IMG/VR virus record: IMGVR_UViG_3300049015_000087
Span: 1 to 43,048 of that record
Source: a virus
Lineage: Duplodnaviria; Caudoviricetes
Reading direction: 5' to 3' (one strand)
DNA: 43,048 nt
Below, piece by piece: positions 1-8,214 of the stretch (positions are counted from its first letter, which is position 1; the number at the start of each line of letters is the position of its first letter). Under the pieces are notes generated by a model. It did no database searches. It saw only the letters and a program-made list of their open reading frames with translations, and had not been told where the DNA came from. The position numbers and the translations under genes were made by a program.

Positions 1-789
1 ATGAATTTTGAACAAGCCAAAGCGCTGAGAATCCAGCAATGGCGCGATACGCTCGACGATCACGACTTCCGGTTACAGAACCCTGAGGCGTATCGGTCCA
101 GCCTGCTTTCGGCAAGCGCGAGGTTGACCGAGGAACGGTTGATTGATCAAGACGACCAGTTTGGCATGGACGAATTAGCGAACTCCGCATACTGGCTCGC
201 AGTTGAAGAGCTGCAATCGACATCTGTTCTCTATCACAGCGCGTCTCATTACGACCTTGTCGCGCGAGACGGCTCCTCAAACCTGGGCACGATTCGTCAA
301 TCGACATTTTCGGCGAAAAGCGAGGGCCGCCGCATCCGCCCCTACGACGGAAAAGTATATCGCCAAGGTGAAGAACTAAAGCTGATCTACAGCGCGGCGC
401 CAACCACGGGCGTGATTGAGGGGCTTGTCCTCACTTTGGATGATGGTCGCCAGTTTGATTTGGTTGAGACAGCCAGAATGATCCTGGGAGTGGTTTACAC
501 CCCCATTGAAGATCCAGACGTCTACCGTTGGCTTGTCGATGCCCTGCAAGTCGCGCGCGAAAATCGAAATTTGGTGCTGATGGAAAAGCTCAGGCCATTT
601 GCGGAGCTGGCGAGGTTCGTCCTGTGTTCGTCATGCTCGGACCGGTTTGGCGAGCGTGACGACTGCCTACCTTGCAACGGCTTAGGGTTCGTCGAAAAAC
701 CGAAATGCCTGGGCAAACTTCCTTCGGAATACCAGGGTCCACTGGACACAACCAGCGAACCCGGGGTGCAAGATGTGCGGCGGAGTTGA
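1..789 (+). CDS. Hypothetical protein with helical N-terminal domain and C-terminal Cys4 zinc-finger-like motif
   Basis: 262 aa ORF; CSSC...CLPCNGLGF near C-terminus; overlaps next gene. Confidence 0.75.
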   Translation: MNFEQAKALRIQQWRDTLDDHDFRLQNPEAYRSSLLSASARLTEERLIDQDDQFGMDELANSAYWLAVEELQSTSVLYHSASHYDLVARDGSSNLGTIRQSTFSAKSEGRRIRPYDGKVYRQGEELKLIYSAAPTTGVIEGLVLTLDDGRQFDLVETARMILGVVYTPIEDPDVYRWLVDALQVARENRNLVLMEKLRPFAELARFVLCSSCSDRFGERDDCLPCNGLGFVEKPKCLGKLPSEYQGPLDTTSEPGVQDVRRS

Positions 790-1213
790 GGCAGCGGACA
801 AAAATAGAGCGTATGAACGGGTCAAGGTGTATTTCCCGAACCCCAAGGCAGCAATTCCCGTGGTACTTCAGGACGGGACGGATCTTGGGTGGGTGCGATG
901 GGGGCGCCGTCGAGAGGAGAAAGGCACAGGTCCATCAGGTGGGTGGGCAAAACTAGAGACGGTAGAACGAGGGGGATGGGAGAAGTATCACCCGCAGCGA
1001 GCGCTGGGGCTCGTGCAGCGTTACATGGAGAAAGATACGGAGCGCGTGTCGCACTGGTTCGATATGAACGAGGGCTTCGGGCTTGAATGCCTAATACTAG
1101 GTGAAGGCGATGCTCGGCGTGTGTACATAGTCACTACATCTCCTCCTCCGGAATTTGCATTCATACACGACCGTTGGCCGATGATCGGACGGGTTCCCGA
1201 CGGCACAAGCTGA
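773..1213 (+). CDS. Short SOS-response-associated peptidase (SRAP/YedK)-like protein
   Basis: Begins MCGG (Cys2), has WG, YMEK and IHDRWP motifs like SRAP MCGR...E...IHDRMP. Confidence 0.7.
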   Translation: MCGGVEAADKNRAYERVKVYFPNPKAAIPVVLQDGTDLGWVRWGRRREEKGTGPSGGWAKLETVERGGWEKYHPQRALGLVQRYMEKDTERVSHWFDMNEGFGLECLILGEGDARRVYIVTTSPPPEFAFIHDRWPMIGRVPDGTS

Positions 1214-1294
1214 CCCCAGAGAGGCACCGCGCCACCATATTACTAACTGTATTTCTGACTTATCCTCTGACCCCTACGAACCCGAGGCTGCATC

Positions 1295-1612
1295 ATGGAC
1301 AGACTAAGTAGGGCCGAAATAGAGGATGCCTTGGGACGCTTGCTACCAGGCAGCACGGTCAAATGTGTTCTCTGGGGTGACGGTACTGCCTCACTTACGG
1401 TAACAGGTGAGACCGGGGAATCATTTGCAGTGGTGGGTTTGGTGAGAAGCGACTATCGAGGGGAAGCTGGATTAAAAAGCCTCGCTAAGCATATATTTGA
1501 GGACATTCAGCTAGCTCGACAGGGATTGAGAACCCACAGAGCGAAACCGTTGGGCAATATTGGTAATCAATCCAGCGCCACCCCCCCTGCGCAATACAAA
1601 GCCCGCCACTAG
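1295..1612 (+). CDS. Hypothetical protein
   Basis: 105 aa ORF with GAGG upstream, ends in a hairpin terminator. Confidence 0.65.
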   Translation: MDRLSRAEIEDALGRLLPGSTVKCVLWGDGTASLTVTGETGESFAVVGLVRSDYRGEAGLKSLAKHIFEDIQLARQGLRTHRAKPLGNIGNQSSATPPAQYKARH

Positions 1613-1622
1613 GCGGGTTTCT
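1598..1622. terminator. Bidirectional intrinsic terminator
   Basis: aaaGCCCGCC-acta-GGCGGGTttc between convergent genes. Confidence 0.7.
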
Positions 1623-1636
1623 CTATTTTTTTGGTG

Positions 1637-1858
1637 TTAATTCTTGTCCGATCCATCTTTAATTGATCGAGCGTAGAAAGCCACAGCCTCTTCAGCAAGC
1701 CCTCTCCATTCAGCGTTATCGATGATCCCCTTTTGCCTGTACTCGTCAGCAATTCGTAGGAGAATGTCGTACTGTCTTTCAGCGTCGGCTCGGCCCTCCG
1801 GCCTTCGCAGAAGCTCTCTCCATACATTAAGCGCCTGTTCCTTATCCAGTTCAGCCAT
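1637..1858 (-). CDS. Small helical hypothetical protein
   Basis: 73 aa ORF; pattern similar to the N-terminus of ORF 1..789. Confidence 0.7.
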   Translation of the reverse strand: MAELDKEQALNVWRELLRRPEGRADAERQYDILLRIADEYRQKGIIDNAEWRGLAEEAVAFYARSIKDGSDKN

Positions 1859-1931
1859 CTTCCGCCCCCAAACGTCGTCCTGCAGTGGAGCCTAGCATCA
1901 CCGAAATGTTCCATGCTGAGGATGGGCGGAT

Positions 1932-2450
1932 TCATTGATGTCTGGGCATCAGCTCCCGCACATATGCTTGGCAAGCACGTAATTTAATTACGGCTCGATC
2001 ACCGTCGTCGGTGATGGCGATAACTCGCTGAGCATGCGCTGGGTCAAGTTGGGCTCTTGCTCCTCCATGAACCACGCCGACGGCACCGGTACCGGCAAGC
2101 ACTGGGCCGCCATCGGCTGAATTCTGGAGGAGGACTGACAGCCGCAGATCAGAAGTGGCAAGACGATCACGTAGGCGAGCCTGATTTGTTTGTGCATCGC
2201 TCAGTTCTTTGTAGTGGATTTGTTCGCTGGCCGATAGACGCTGCTCAAGCTCCAGGCGCCTCCGCTGCTCTGCTTGCATCTGATCTGTAGCCGCGCGACT
2301 GAGGGCATCAAGATCGGCCTGATGGAGACTGGTTTGCTCAGCCAGCTCCTTGCCATACCTCCAGTCCTGGACTTTCCAGGTCCCGCCGATGGCGACGATT
2401 AGCGCAACCGCAACACCGACCACCAGAGACTTCAATGTCGCAGGATTCAT
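1932..2450 (-). CDS. Rz-like i-spanin
   Basis: N-terminal TM helix, coiled coil, C-terminal LRACQAYV; directly follows endolysin. Confidence 0.9.
   Translation of the reverse strand: MNPATLKSLVVGVAVALIVAIGGTWKVQDWRYGKELAEQTSLHQADLDALSRAATDQMQAEQRRRLELEQRLSASEQIHYKELSDAQTNQARLRDRLATSDLRLSVLLQNSADGGPVLAGTGAVGVVHGGARAQLDPAHAQRVIAITDDGDRAVIKLRACQAYVRELMPRHQ
1988..2197 (-). CDS. Rz1-like o-spanin lipoprotein nested in Rz
   Basis: Alternate frame inside Rz; lipobox LICGC; Pro-rich CLPVPVPSAW. Confidence 0.8.
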   Translation of the reverse strand: MHKQIRLAYVIVLPLLICGCQSSSRIQPMAAQCLPVPVPSAWFMEEQEPNLTQRMLSELSPSPTTVIEP

Positions 2451-2872
2451 GGCACACCTTTGAAAAAGACATGGTTCCCCAGGCGGAAGGTTTCAGTTGC
2501 ACCTTGTACCCATGTTGGTGGCTTCGGCATGGTGGTCGCGTAGTAGTGGGTCGCACCTTTCGTCATGTCAGGCTCGACCCCGGAGATAACCAGATCCGCC
2601 GCCCGCTGTGCCTGGGCGAACTGCTTCGGCGGGATTGGCTTGGCTCCACTCAAATACGGATAGTTCGGGTCGTTCTTGTTCCAGCAACTGAACTGGTACG
2701 GTTTCAGGCAAACCCCGGCATAGCCCTCGCCCCACCATGAGCGATCCTTGCCATCATTCACGCGGTTGCGGATTACGCAGCCCACGGCAACCTGGCCGGC
2801 CAGCCCCTCCCCGCGGGCTTCGGCCCACAGCGTGCGCGCGAGGATGTCGCGATCCTTTTCTGTTGTGGTCAT
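2447..2872 (-). CDS. Endolysin, SleB/cell-wall hydrolase family
   Basis: LARTLWAEARGE, VIRNRV, YQFSCWN, GATHYY, GNHVFF motifs. Confidence 0.9.
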   Translation of the reverse strand: MTTTEKDRDILARTLWAEARGEGLAGQVAVGCVIRNRVNDGKDRSWWGEGYAGVCLKPYQFSCWNKNDPNYPYLSGAKPIPPKQFAQAQRAADLVISGVEPDMTKGATHYYATTMPKPPTWVQGATETFRLGNHVFFKGVP

Positions 2873-2888
2873 TTACATTTCTCCAGGC

Positions 2889-2913
2889 AAAAAAAATCCC
2901 GCTCTCGGCGGGC
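2889..2913 (-). terminator. Intrinsic terminator between tail-tip genes and endolysin
   Basis: CCCGC hairpin followed by a T run on the minus strand. Confidence 0.65.
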
Positions 2914-2942
2914 TTGGAATTGGGTTGAGCGAAATGAACGAG

Positions 2943-3605
2943 TTAGAAGCCGGTAACGTCTGCGACCATAATCACGGGCATTGGCCCAATCGGTGAATTG
3001 GCAGGCGGGCTGGTTGTCGGCGGCCCTTGATTCGCTAGAAGCCCCGATGTGACAGTTCCACCTGACACCCTGACCGACCGAATCATCACCATGAACGCGA
3101 GATTTTGTCCTACCTGATTCTGGCGATATCGCGTGTCATAGTTGCTGATCCCACAGGCGTAGGTACGGCCAATCGCGACCGGCAGTGAGAACGACTGCGT
3201 GTCCGAACTGGTTTCATACACTGCGGAAATCCTGAGGATTTTGTTGTTCGAGTCGAAGGTGAGGTTTCCTGCCGAGTCAAAAAGCTGCAACCCACAACGC
3301 GACGGGACAACAGGAGCATCGCCAAAGCAGTAGCACACGACGCTGCCGGCAGTATTCGACCAGAACTCGTAATCAGCGCTGCTGGCAGTAAGAACAACGC
3401 TCCTAACTGCAATGGACGATGAAGCCGCCGTCTCACCGAAGAGGACAAACTTGGTTGCCTTGGGCAGGCTTAAAGCAGCCCTATAAATGGTCGAGCCACG
3501 GGTCCAACCAGAGATAGTGAATTTGCCCAAAAACGAAACCGTCAGGACATCTGAATCGATCTGAAGGGTGTTGGTGTCCCTGAATACCTGAAGCCCGATT
3601 GGCAT
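2943..3605 (-). CDS. Tail-tip associated protein (probable receptor-binding accessory)
   Basis: Follows J; GLQVF and GLQLFDSAGNLTFDS motifs typical of post-J genes. Confidence 0.7.
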   Translation of the reverse strand: MPIGLQVFRDTNTLQIDSDVLTVSFLGKFTISGWTRGSTIYRAALSLPKATKFVLFGETAASSSIAVRSVVLTASSADYEFWSNTAGSVVCYCFGDAPVVPSRCGLQLFDSAGNLTFDSNNKILRISAVYETSSDTQSFSLPVAIGRTYACGISNYDTRYRQNQVGQNLAFMVMIRSVRVSGGTVTSGLLANQGPPTTSPPANSPIGPMPVIMVADVTGF

Positions 3606-3923
3606 CTACCTAACTCCATAGAAAACCTGGCACCCGACCCTAGGGGCATTCGCAGTGGTGCCCTGCCCCCTGAAGTCGGAAAAGCTCCACGAAATGGTGG
3701 TCCCGTTGATGGTGATGAACGGCACGCAAACAACCGTGGTATCGCCCCCACCCACTCCTTTTGCAGAGAAAAACCATGGACTTCCCCCTGCAAACCCAGG
3801 CACAAAAACAGAACCATTTACCGTTCCGGTGAAAAACGAGCCTAGGTATCGCCCCGTGATCGTGTCGGTTGTGAAGGACACCGAGCCGTCAGCGTTGTAA
3901 ACCTCTAATCCTGCTGACATCAC
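3606..3923 (-). CDS. Small tail-tip associated protein
   Basis: Overlaps J stop; GLEVYNADGSVSF motif. Confidence 0.7.
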   Translation of the reverse strand: MMSAGLEVYNADGSVSFTTDTITGRYLGSFFTGTVNGSVFVPGFAGGSPWFFSAKGVGGGDTTVVCVPFITINGTTISWSFSDFRGQGTTANAPRVGCQVFYGVR

Positions 3924-6900
3924 CAGATCCCCAGACGCACTCGAAGCTGCCCTGCCTGATCGAAGACCTGAACAACTTGGTTATTGATCGTGAGCTTGCC
4001 ACCACCCGCGACGGATCCATTGAACTCGATTCCCCCCGTCTTGCTGAGCCTCCAACCCGAAACACCAGGGACATAGTTGGTTGATTGAATGGTGTCGCCG
4101 ATCTTCGCATTGGTGATCGATCCGTCTTGAATAAACGCCGCCTTGATGTAAGCGGTGTTGTTCTGCACCACGAACGGATAGAAGACCTCCGAAGCGTTGG
4201 GATCGACTATCGCGAAGCGGCTGGCTGCAATGAGGACTTGGCTGGTGATGATTCCTTCGTCGTTTTCTACTCCAACCCCGATCCCGGCAAGGTAGGGTTT
4301 CCCATCAACAGTAAGCTGGGTCTTGATGCTGTACATCGCGGCAAGCTCGCTCTTGAGAGCGTCGATCTCTATCTGGGCGCCGCCGGAATCGATTTTCTCG
4401 AGCAACTGCTTGCTGAGCTGGGTTTCCGTGATCTTATCGTTCAGGTAGTCCAGGATTGGCCCTGCGTCAGCCGACGACTGTCCAAAGACCGGGCCGAAGA
4501 AAGCGCCCATATTTCCGATCCGATCAACCAGGCGTGCCCAGAAGAAATAGGTTTTTCCGGGAGCGAGTCCCATGATGGTCAAGTCAGTTTGTGGGTAGGT
4601 GTAGTCACCGAATTTGGTGGCATCTACGATCTGGTTGGTTTCGCTATACCAGATCTCCGTCCGTTGCAGATCCGCAGTGCTTACGCCCTGAGGAATCTCC
4701 CACTTCAGTTTGATACCGAACACGATCGACTCGGCAATGAACGAGGAGACTTCAGGTGGAGGCGTAGTTTTTCCGTTCAGCACCGTCTCCGCAGAGGTTG
4801 CGAAAACAGAGCCGATATCGAGCGAGTTGATCGCTCGCACCTTCGCCGTGTACCTGCCGGCATAGATCCCACTGACGTCAATTGATGTCGTCCCGGTACG
4901 GCCTGCAAAGATCCAATCACCTTCATCCTTGCGCCAATACACCTCGTAAGCGATTGCCGCTTCTGGCCTCTCCCAAGTAATTGTCATGACGCTGATCGCG
5001 CTACCCTGATCGACGAAATGGTCGTTACTGAGTGTCACGTTCGTTGGTGGCTTCTGAACGCTCGGGGGAACAACGCTGATTGGGGGACGCTCGATACGGC
5101 TGCCGTTGTCGATTGCACCGTATTTGCTCGAGTTGTGCCGTACAGCATTGATGGTGAACTTGATTTCCGTGTCCGAAAAATCTTCCGCTACGGACATCAC
5201 CCGAAACTGTTGCACCGCCAAGGCAGGTGAGTCGATTGCCCACATGGAGTGAAGCGGTGGCAACGCCTCGAGGCTTTCCGACAGCACAACTTGTTGTACC
5301 TCAGCCGGAAAACCCGTGGTATCAAAAGTGAAGTTGCCGTTGTCCCACGTGATGCCGGAGCTGTCCCAAGTCAGCGGATAACCCACAGACTTGATGGCTC
5401 GAGACACAGCCTTACCGTTGGGCATAATCAGGGTGATGGTGTCGCCCGGAAAGGCGGTTACATCCGCGTCGAGCACGAGAGTGTCGAGCGTTGAAGAACG
5501 CAGCCGGCCACCGATTCGGCGCCCAGCCCTATCATTATCCGCGATGCGGATGATCTGACCAGGCCGCGCCAAGGTGCCATCCAAGCCAACGGAAAAGCTG
5601 ACGCTCTCTGTCTCCAGGCGGTTAGTAAGCAATGCCCATTTACCAACGCGCTGCGCCTGAGCCTGAGACGTGCAACCGGTAGCTGTGATTTCGGTTTGCT
5701 GGATGCCGTAGCGAGCGATTCCGGGCTGGTCGTCTACGTACTCAACCTTCTGCCGATAAAAATCCGAAGGATCGTTCCAGCTCACCAGGGCAACGGTGTA
5801 GCGCGTCTTCTTGGCGGATCCGGTGTAGTTGAATTTCCCGTTGATGACGTTGGCATTCGAGTAGGTATAAACAGGATCCTCTGGTATATCGGCCACGGCC
5901 ATGACGGAACCGGCAGCCCAGTACGCCATCCCACGGAACGCTGTCGCCAGATCCTGGAGCACGCGCAGCGCATCAGCACGAACCGAAAGATACAGATTGC
6001 AGGTGAAACGCGGCTCGGTGCCGCCCTTTCCGTCGGGGACTGGCTGATCGCAATACTGACCGATCCGATACAGCTCCCATTTATCCACCTGCCCCGCGTT
6101 CAGCAGATGGCCGAGCCCATAGCGGAAATGCAGCAGTAAGTCGTAAAAAATCCAGGCAGGATTATCTGTCCAGGCGCTTTTAAAGGTGCCATCCCAGACT
6201 CCCGTGTAGGTGCGCGTTTCTGGGTCATAGTTGCTTGGAACCTTGATGATGCGGCCATACAAATCGAACGAGCGAGTCGGAATCGATTGAAACTGCGACG
6301 CATCGAATTGCAGGCCGACGATGGCCGAACCTGGGTATCTCAGCTTCGCGTCAATGATCTCTGTAATTGCCTCAACGTTGGTGGTGTCTGATATCGCGGA
6401 GCTGGTGGCATTGGCCGTCAGACGGATCACGCGCACGGTCCAGCCGCTGGTCGCGCTAGGAAGATCGATGCGGTGTGATCGTTCGTATTTTGTCGATGTC
6501 TTTCCGCTGAAAGCCGCGTCTAGCACGGACACAAAGGGACCGCCGTCGGTGGACAGCTCAATCCTGTATCGGACCGTGTATCCGTTGGTGTCGCCGTTTG
6601 TGGTGTTTGTCCGCGCAAGACGTGGAGTGGAAAGTCTGATCCGGACTGCCGAGAGTTGAAGATTGGTTACCGCGCGCACCCAAGGCTGGTCGGAGCGGAG
6701 CTCAACACCGACGGCAATTTCGCTCTCCACCGCGGGGAAGCCCGAGATGTGTAGTTGATCCTGACTGCCGGTTCGCACCTCTTGGCTGACGCCGCTGAAG
6801 TTCAACGTTCCATCCGGGTTTGCCAGCGGTGTCTCATCAAGAAAAATGGACTGCATGCCGTTCGCCAAGCCTCGAATCTCACCTTCACTCACCAGGTCGA

Positions 6901-7003
6901 GAATTCGCGCGAAAGCGGTGCTTTGCAGGTTGTCCGGAGCCTCAACGGAAGGACGCGGCTTCGACTCACCGCCCTTGCGTCCGGCTATGGCTAGCTGGGT
7001 CAT
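3920..7003 (-). CDS. Tip attachment / central tail fibre protein J
   Basis: About 1027 aa from ATG 7003 (RBS AAGGA); lambda J-like motifs GRKGG, LDLVSEGEI, WDGTFK, WTDNPAW, EPRFTCN, Fn3-like segments. Confidence 0.95.
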   Translation of the reverse strand: MTQLAIAGRKGGESKPRPSVEAPDNLQSTAFARILDLVSEGEIRGLANGMQSIFLDETPLANPDGTLNFSGVSQEVRTGSQDQLHISGFPAVESEIAVGVELRSDQPWVRAVTNLQLSAVRIRLSTPRLARTNTTNGDTNGYTVRYRIELSTDGGPFVSVLDAAFSGKTSTKYERSHRIDLPSATSGWTVRVIRLTANATSSAISDTTNVEAITEIIDAKLRYPGSAIVGLQFDASQFQSIPTRSFDLYGRIIKVPSNYDPETRTYTGVWDGTFKSAWTDNPAWIFYDLLLHFRYGLGHLLNAGQVDKWELYRIGQYCDQPVPDGKGGTEPRFTCNLYLSVRADALRVLQDLATAFRGMAYWAAGSVMAVADIPEDPVYTYSNANVINGKFNYTGSAKKTRYTVALVSWNDPSDFYRQKVEYVDDQPGIARYGIQQTEITATGCTSQAQAQRVGKWALLTNRLETESVSFSVGLDGTLARPGQIIRIADNDRAGRRIGGRLRSSTLDTLVLDADVTAFPGDTITLIMPNGKAVSRAIKSVGYPLTWDSSGITWDNGNFTFDTTGFPAEVQQVVLSESLEALPPLHSMWAIDSPALAVQQFRVMSVAEDFSDTEIKFTINAVRHNSSKYGAIDNGSRIERPPISVVPPSVQKPPTNVTLSNDHFVDQGSAISVMTITWERPEAAIAYEVYWRKDEGDWIFAGRTGTTSIDVSGIYAGRYTAKVRAINSLDIGSVFATSAETVLNGKTTPPPEVSSFIAESIVFGIKLKWEIPQGVSTADLQRTEIWYSETNQIVDATKFGDYTYPQTDLTIMGLAPGKTYFFWARLVDRIGNMGAFFGPVFGQSSADAGPILDYLNDKITETQLSKQLLEKIDSGGAQIEIDALKSELAAMYSIKTQLTVDGKPYLAGIGVGVENDEGIITSQVLIAASRFAIVDPNASEVFYPFVVQNNTAYIKAAFIQDGSITNAKIGDTIQSTNYVPGVSGWRLSKTGGIEFNGSVAGGGKLTINNQVVQVFDQAGQLRVRLGIW

Positions 7004-7021
7004 GACTTTCCTTTGGGCGAA

Positions 7022-7045
7022 AGAAAGCCCGCTCAATGGCGGGCC
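7022..7045 (-). terminator. Intrinsic terminator between I and J
   Basis: GCCCGC-cattga-GCGGGC followed by TTTCTTT on the minus strand. Confidence 0.6.
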
Positions 7046-7063
7046 TCGTGATGAATGCTTCGG

Positions 7064-7639
7064 TTACATCTGGTCTTCGGAGTAAATACCGGCGCTGATC
7101 ACAGCACTGCCGACGGTCATGCGGCCATAAAGCAACGGGACAGGGTTGCCCTGGACACTGGTGTTCACCGGGCCGTTGAAGCTGTAGCTGGGTCGGTTGT
7201 TTGGGCTGTCTTGGGTGCCCAGACCTTTTGCCTGGGGACTGAGCATTTGCATCACCCCACCGGCAACCATGGCAATGCCGACCGGCAGAAGCGGGCTGTA
7301 GACGAGGCCAACCACGATAAGTACGGCACCGATTATGGTTTGTAGTGCCCCGGCACGCTTTGTACCCTCAATAACTGGAACGATTCGGATGACATCCCTC
7401 CCCGTAGGCTTTCCGAGGTCGTCCTCTCCAATGTTCCTATTGCCGTTAAAAATGGCGAAACGAAGGCCCTTATCCTTGCTCTCAAGCATGAATTTTTCAA
7501 AGCCAGCAAACTGTTTGAAATAACCAATGATGTCGCGCCAGCCTGCACTTGTCGTGATGCGGTGCTCGCGTCTACCGGTGATTTCAGCTAGCTGCTTGGA
7601 TACAATCACGGTTTGCATTTTCTCAAGCAACTGCGACAT
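7064..7639 (-). CDS. Tail assembly protein I
   Basis: IRIVPVIEG, GGVMQMLSP, SYSFNGPVNT, PVPLLYGRMTVGSAVISAGI. Confidence 0.92.
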   Translation of the reverse strand: MSQLLEKMQTVIVSKQLAEITGRREHRITTSAGWRDIIGYFKQFAGFEKFMLESKDKGLRFAIFNGNRNIGEDDLGKPTGRDVIRIVPVIEGTKRAGALQTIIGAVLIVVGLVYSPLLPVGIAMVAGGVMQMLSPQAKGLGTQDSPNNRPSYSFNGPVNTSVQGNPVPLLYGRMTVGSAVISAGIYSEDQM

Positions 7640-7653
7640 CCTCCTCCAGCCAT

Positions 7654-7674
7654 AAAAAACCGCCCGAAGGCGGC
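7654..7674 (-). terminator. Terminator of the displaced moron gene
   Basis: CCGCC-ttcg-GGCGG then TTTTT on the minus strand. Confidence 0.7.
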
Positions 7675-7687
7675 TTGTTGAATTTGG

Positions 7688-7789
7688 TTAAAGACAGTCT
7701 TTGACTGCCAGCTCAATATCGTTTCGCCCATAGCCGACGGCCCAGGCCATGCGCTGGTAAAGCGCTACCGCACTGCCGTCAGGGACCAA
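7688..7789 (-). pseudogene. 3' remnant of a small gene (VPDGSAVALYQRMAWAVGYGRNDIELAVKDCL*)
   Basis: Open frame between two terminators with no convincing RBS; reads like the C-terminus of small lipoproteins often found between K and I. Confidence 0.55.
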
Positions 7790-7791
7790 TG

Positions 7792-7815
7792 AAAAAACCC
7801 AGCGGGTGAGCTGGG
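7792..7815 (-). terminator. Terminator of the TPR-HEPN cassette
   Basis: CCCAGC-tcaccc-GCTGGG followed by TTTTTT on the minus strand. Confidence 0.75.
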
Positions 7816-7836
7816 ATGATTTACCTATCGAAGGTA

Positions 7837-8214
7837 TCAATTGGCAATCTTCGAAGTAATACGCCTAAGGTCTGAAACTATTTGCCTTGTTATGGCTACA
7901 TGCAACTTGGCGTCGGACGACGTGATGAGATCTCGGATATCGTAATCGGCTTTCGCCCGCATCAGTTTTTGCTTTCTCAATGACCTGCCAATGGCAGATA
8001 ATCCACGCGAAGAAGCGGTGTACCGAGAAATTAAACGCTCATGAGTGGTTTTAATATTCCTCTCTTCTGGCAAAGAAAGGCATGAAGCTGCGATAACAGC
8101 TTCATGGTACAGTGCATAATAACTCCGACTTACGCTGGCCCTATAACTTGCTTCGTTATTGGCTTCTATCAGATTCTCTGCTAGCGCTAAAAGCTCATCA
8201 CTACATACTGACAT
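7837..8214 (-). CDS. HEPN-domain protein
   Basis: YRASVSRSYYALYH, internal H (TTHERL) and MRAKADYD motifs; start overlaps the upstream stop by 14 nt. Confidence 0.8.
   Translation of the reverse strand: MSVCSDELLALAENLIEANNEASYRASVSRSYYALYHEAVIAASCLSLPEERNIKTTHERLISRYTASSRGLSAIGRSLRKQKLMRAKADYDIRDLITSSDAKLHVAITRQIVSDLRRITSKIAN

Noticed and set aside
4085-4885. 266 aa plus-strand ORF opposite J
   Set aside because: Antisense shadow of a conserved gene; no recognisable motifs
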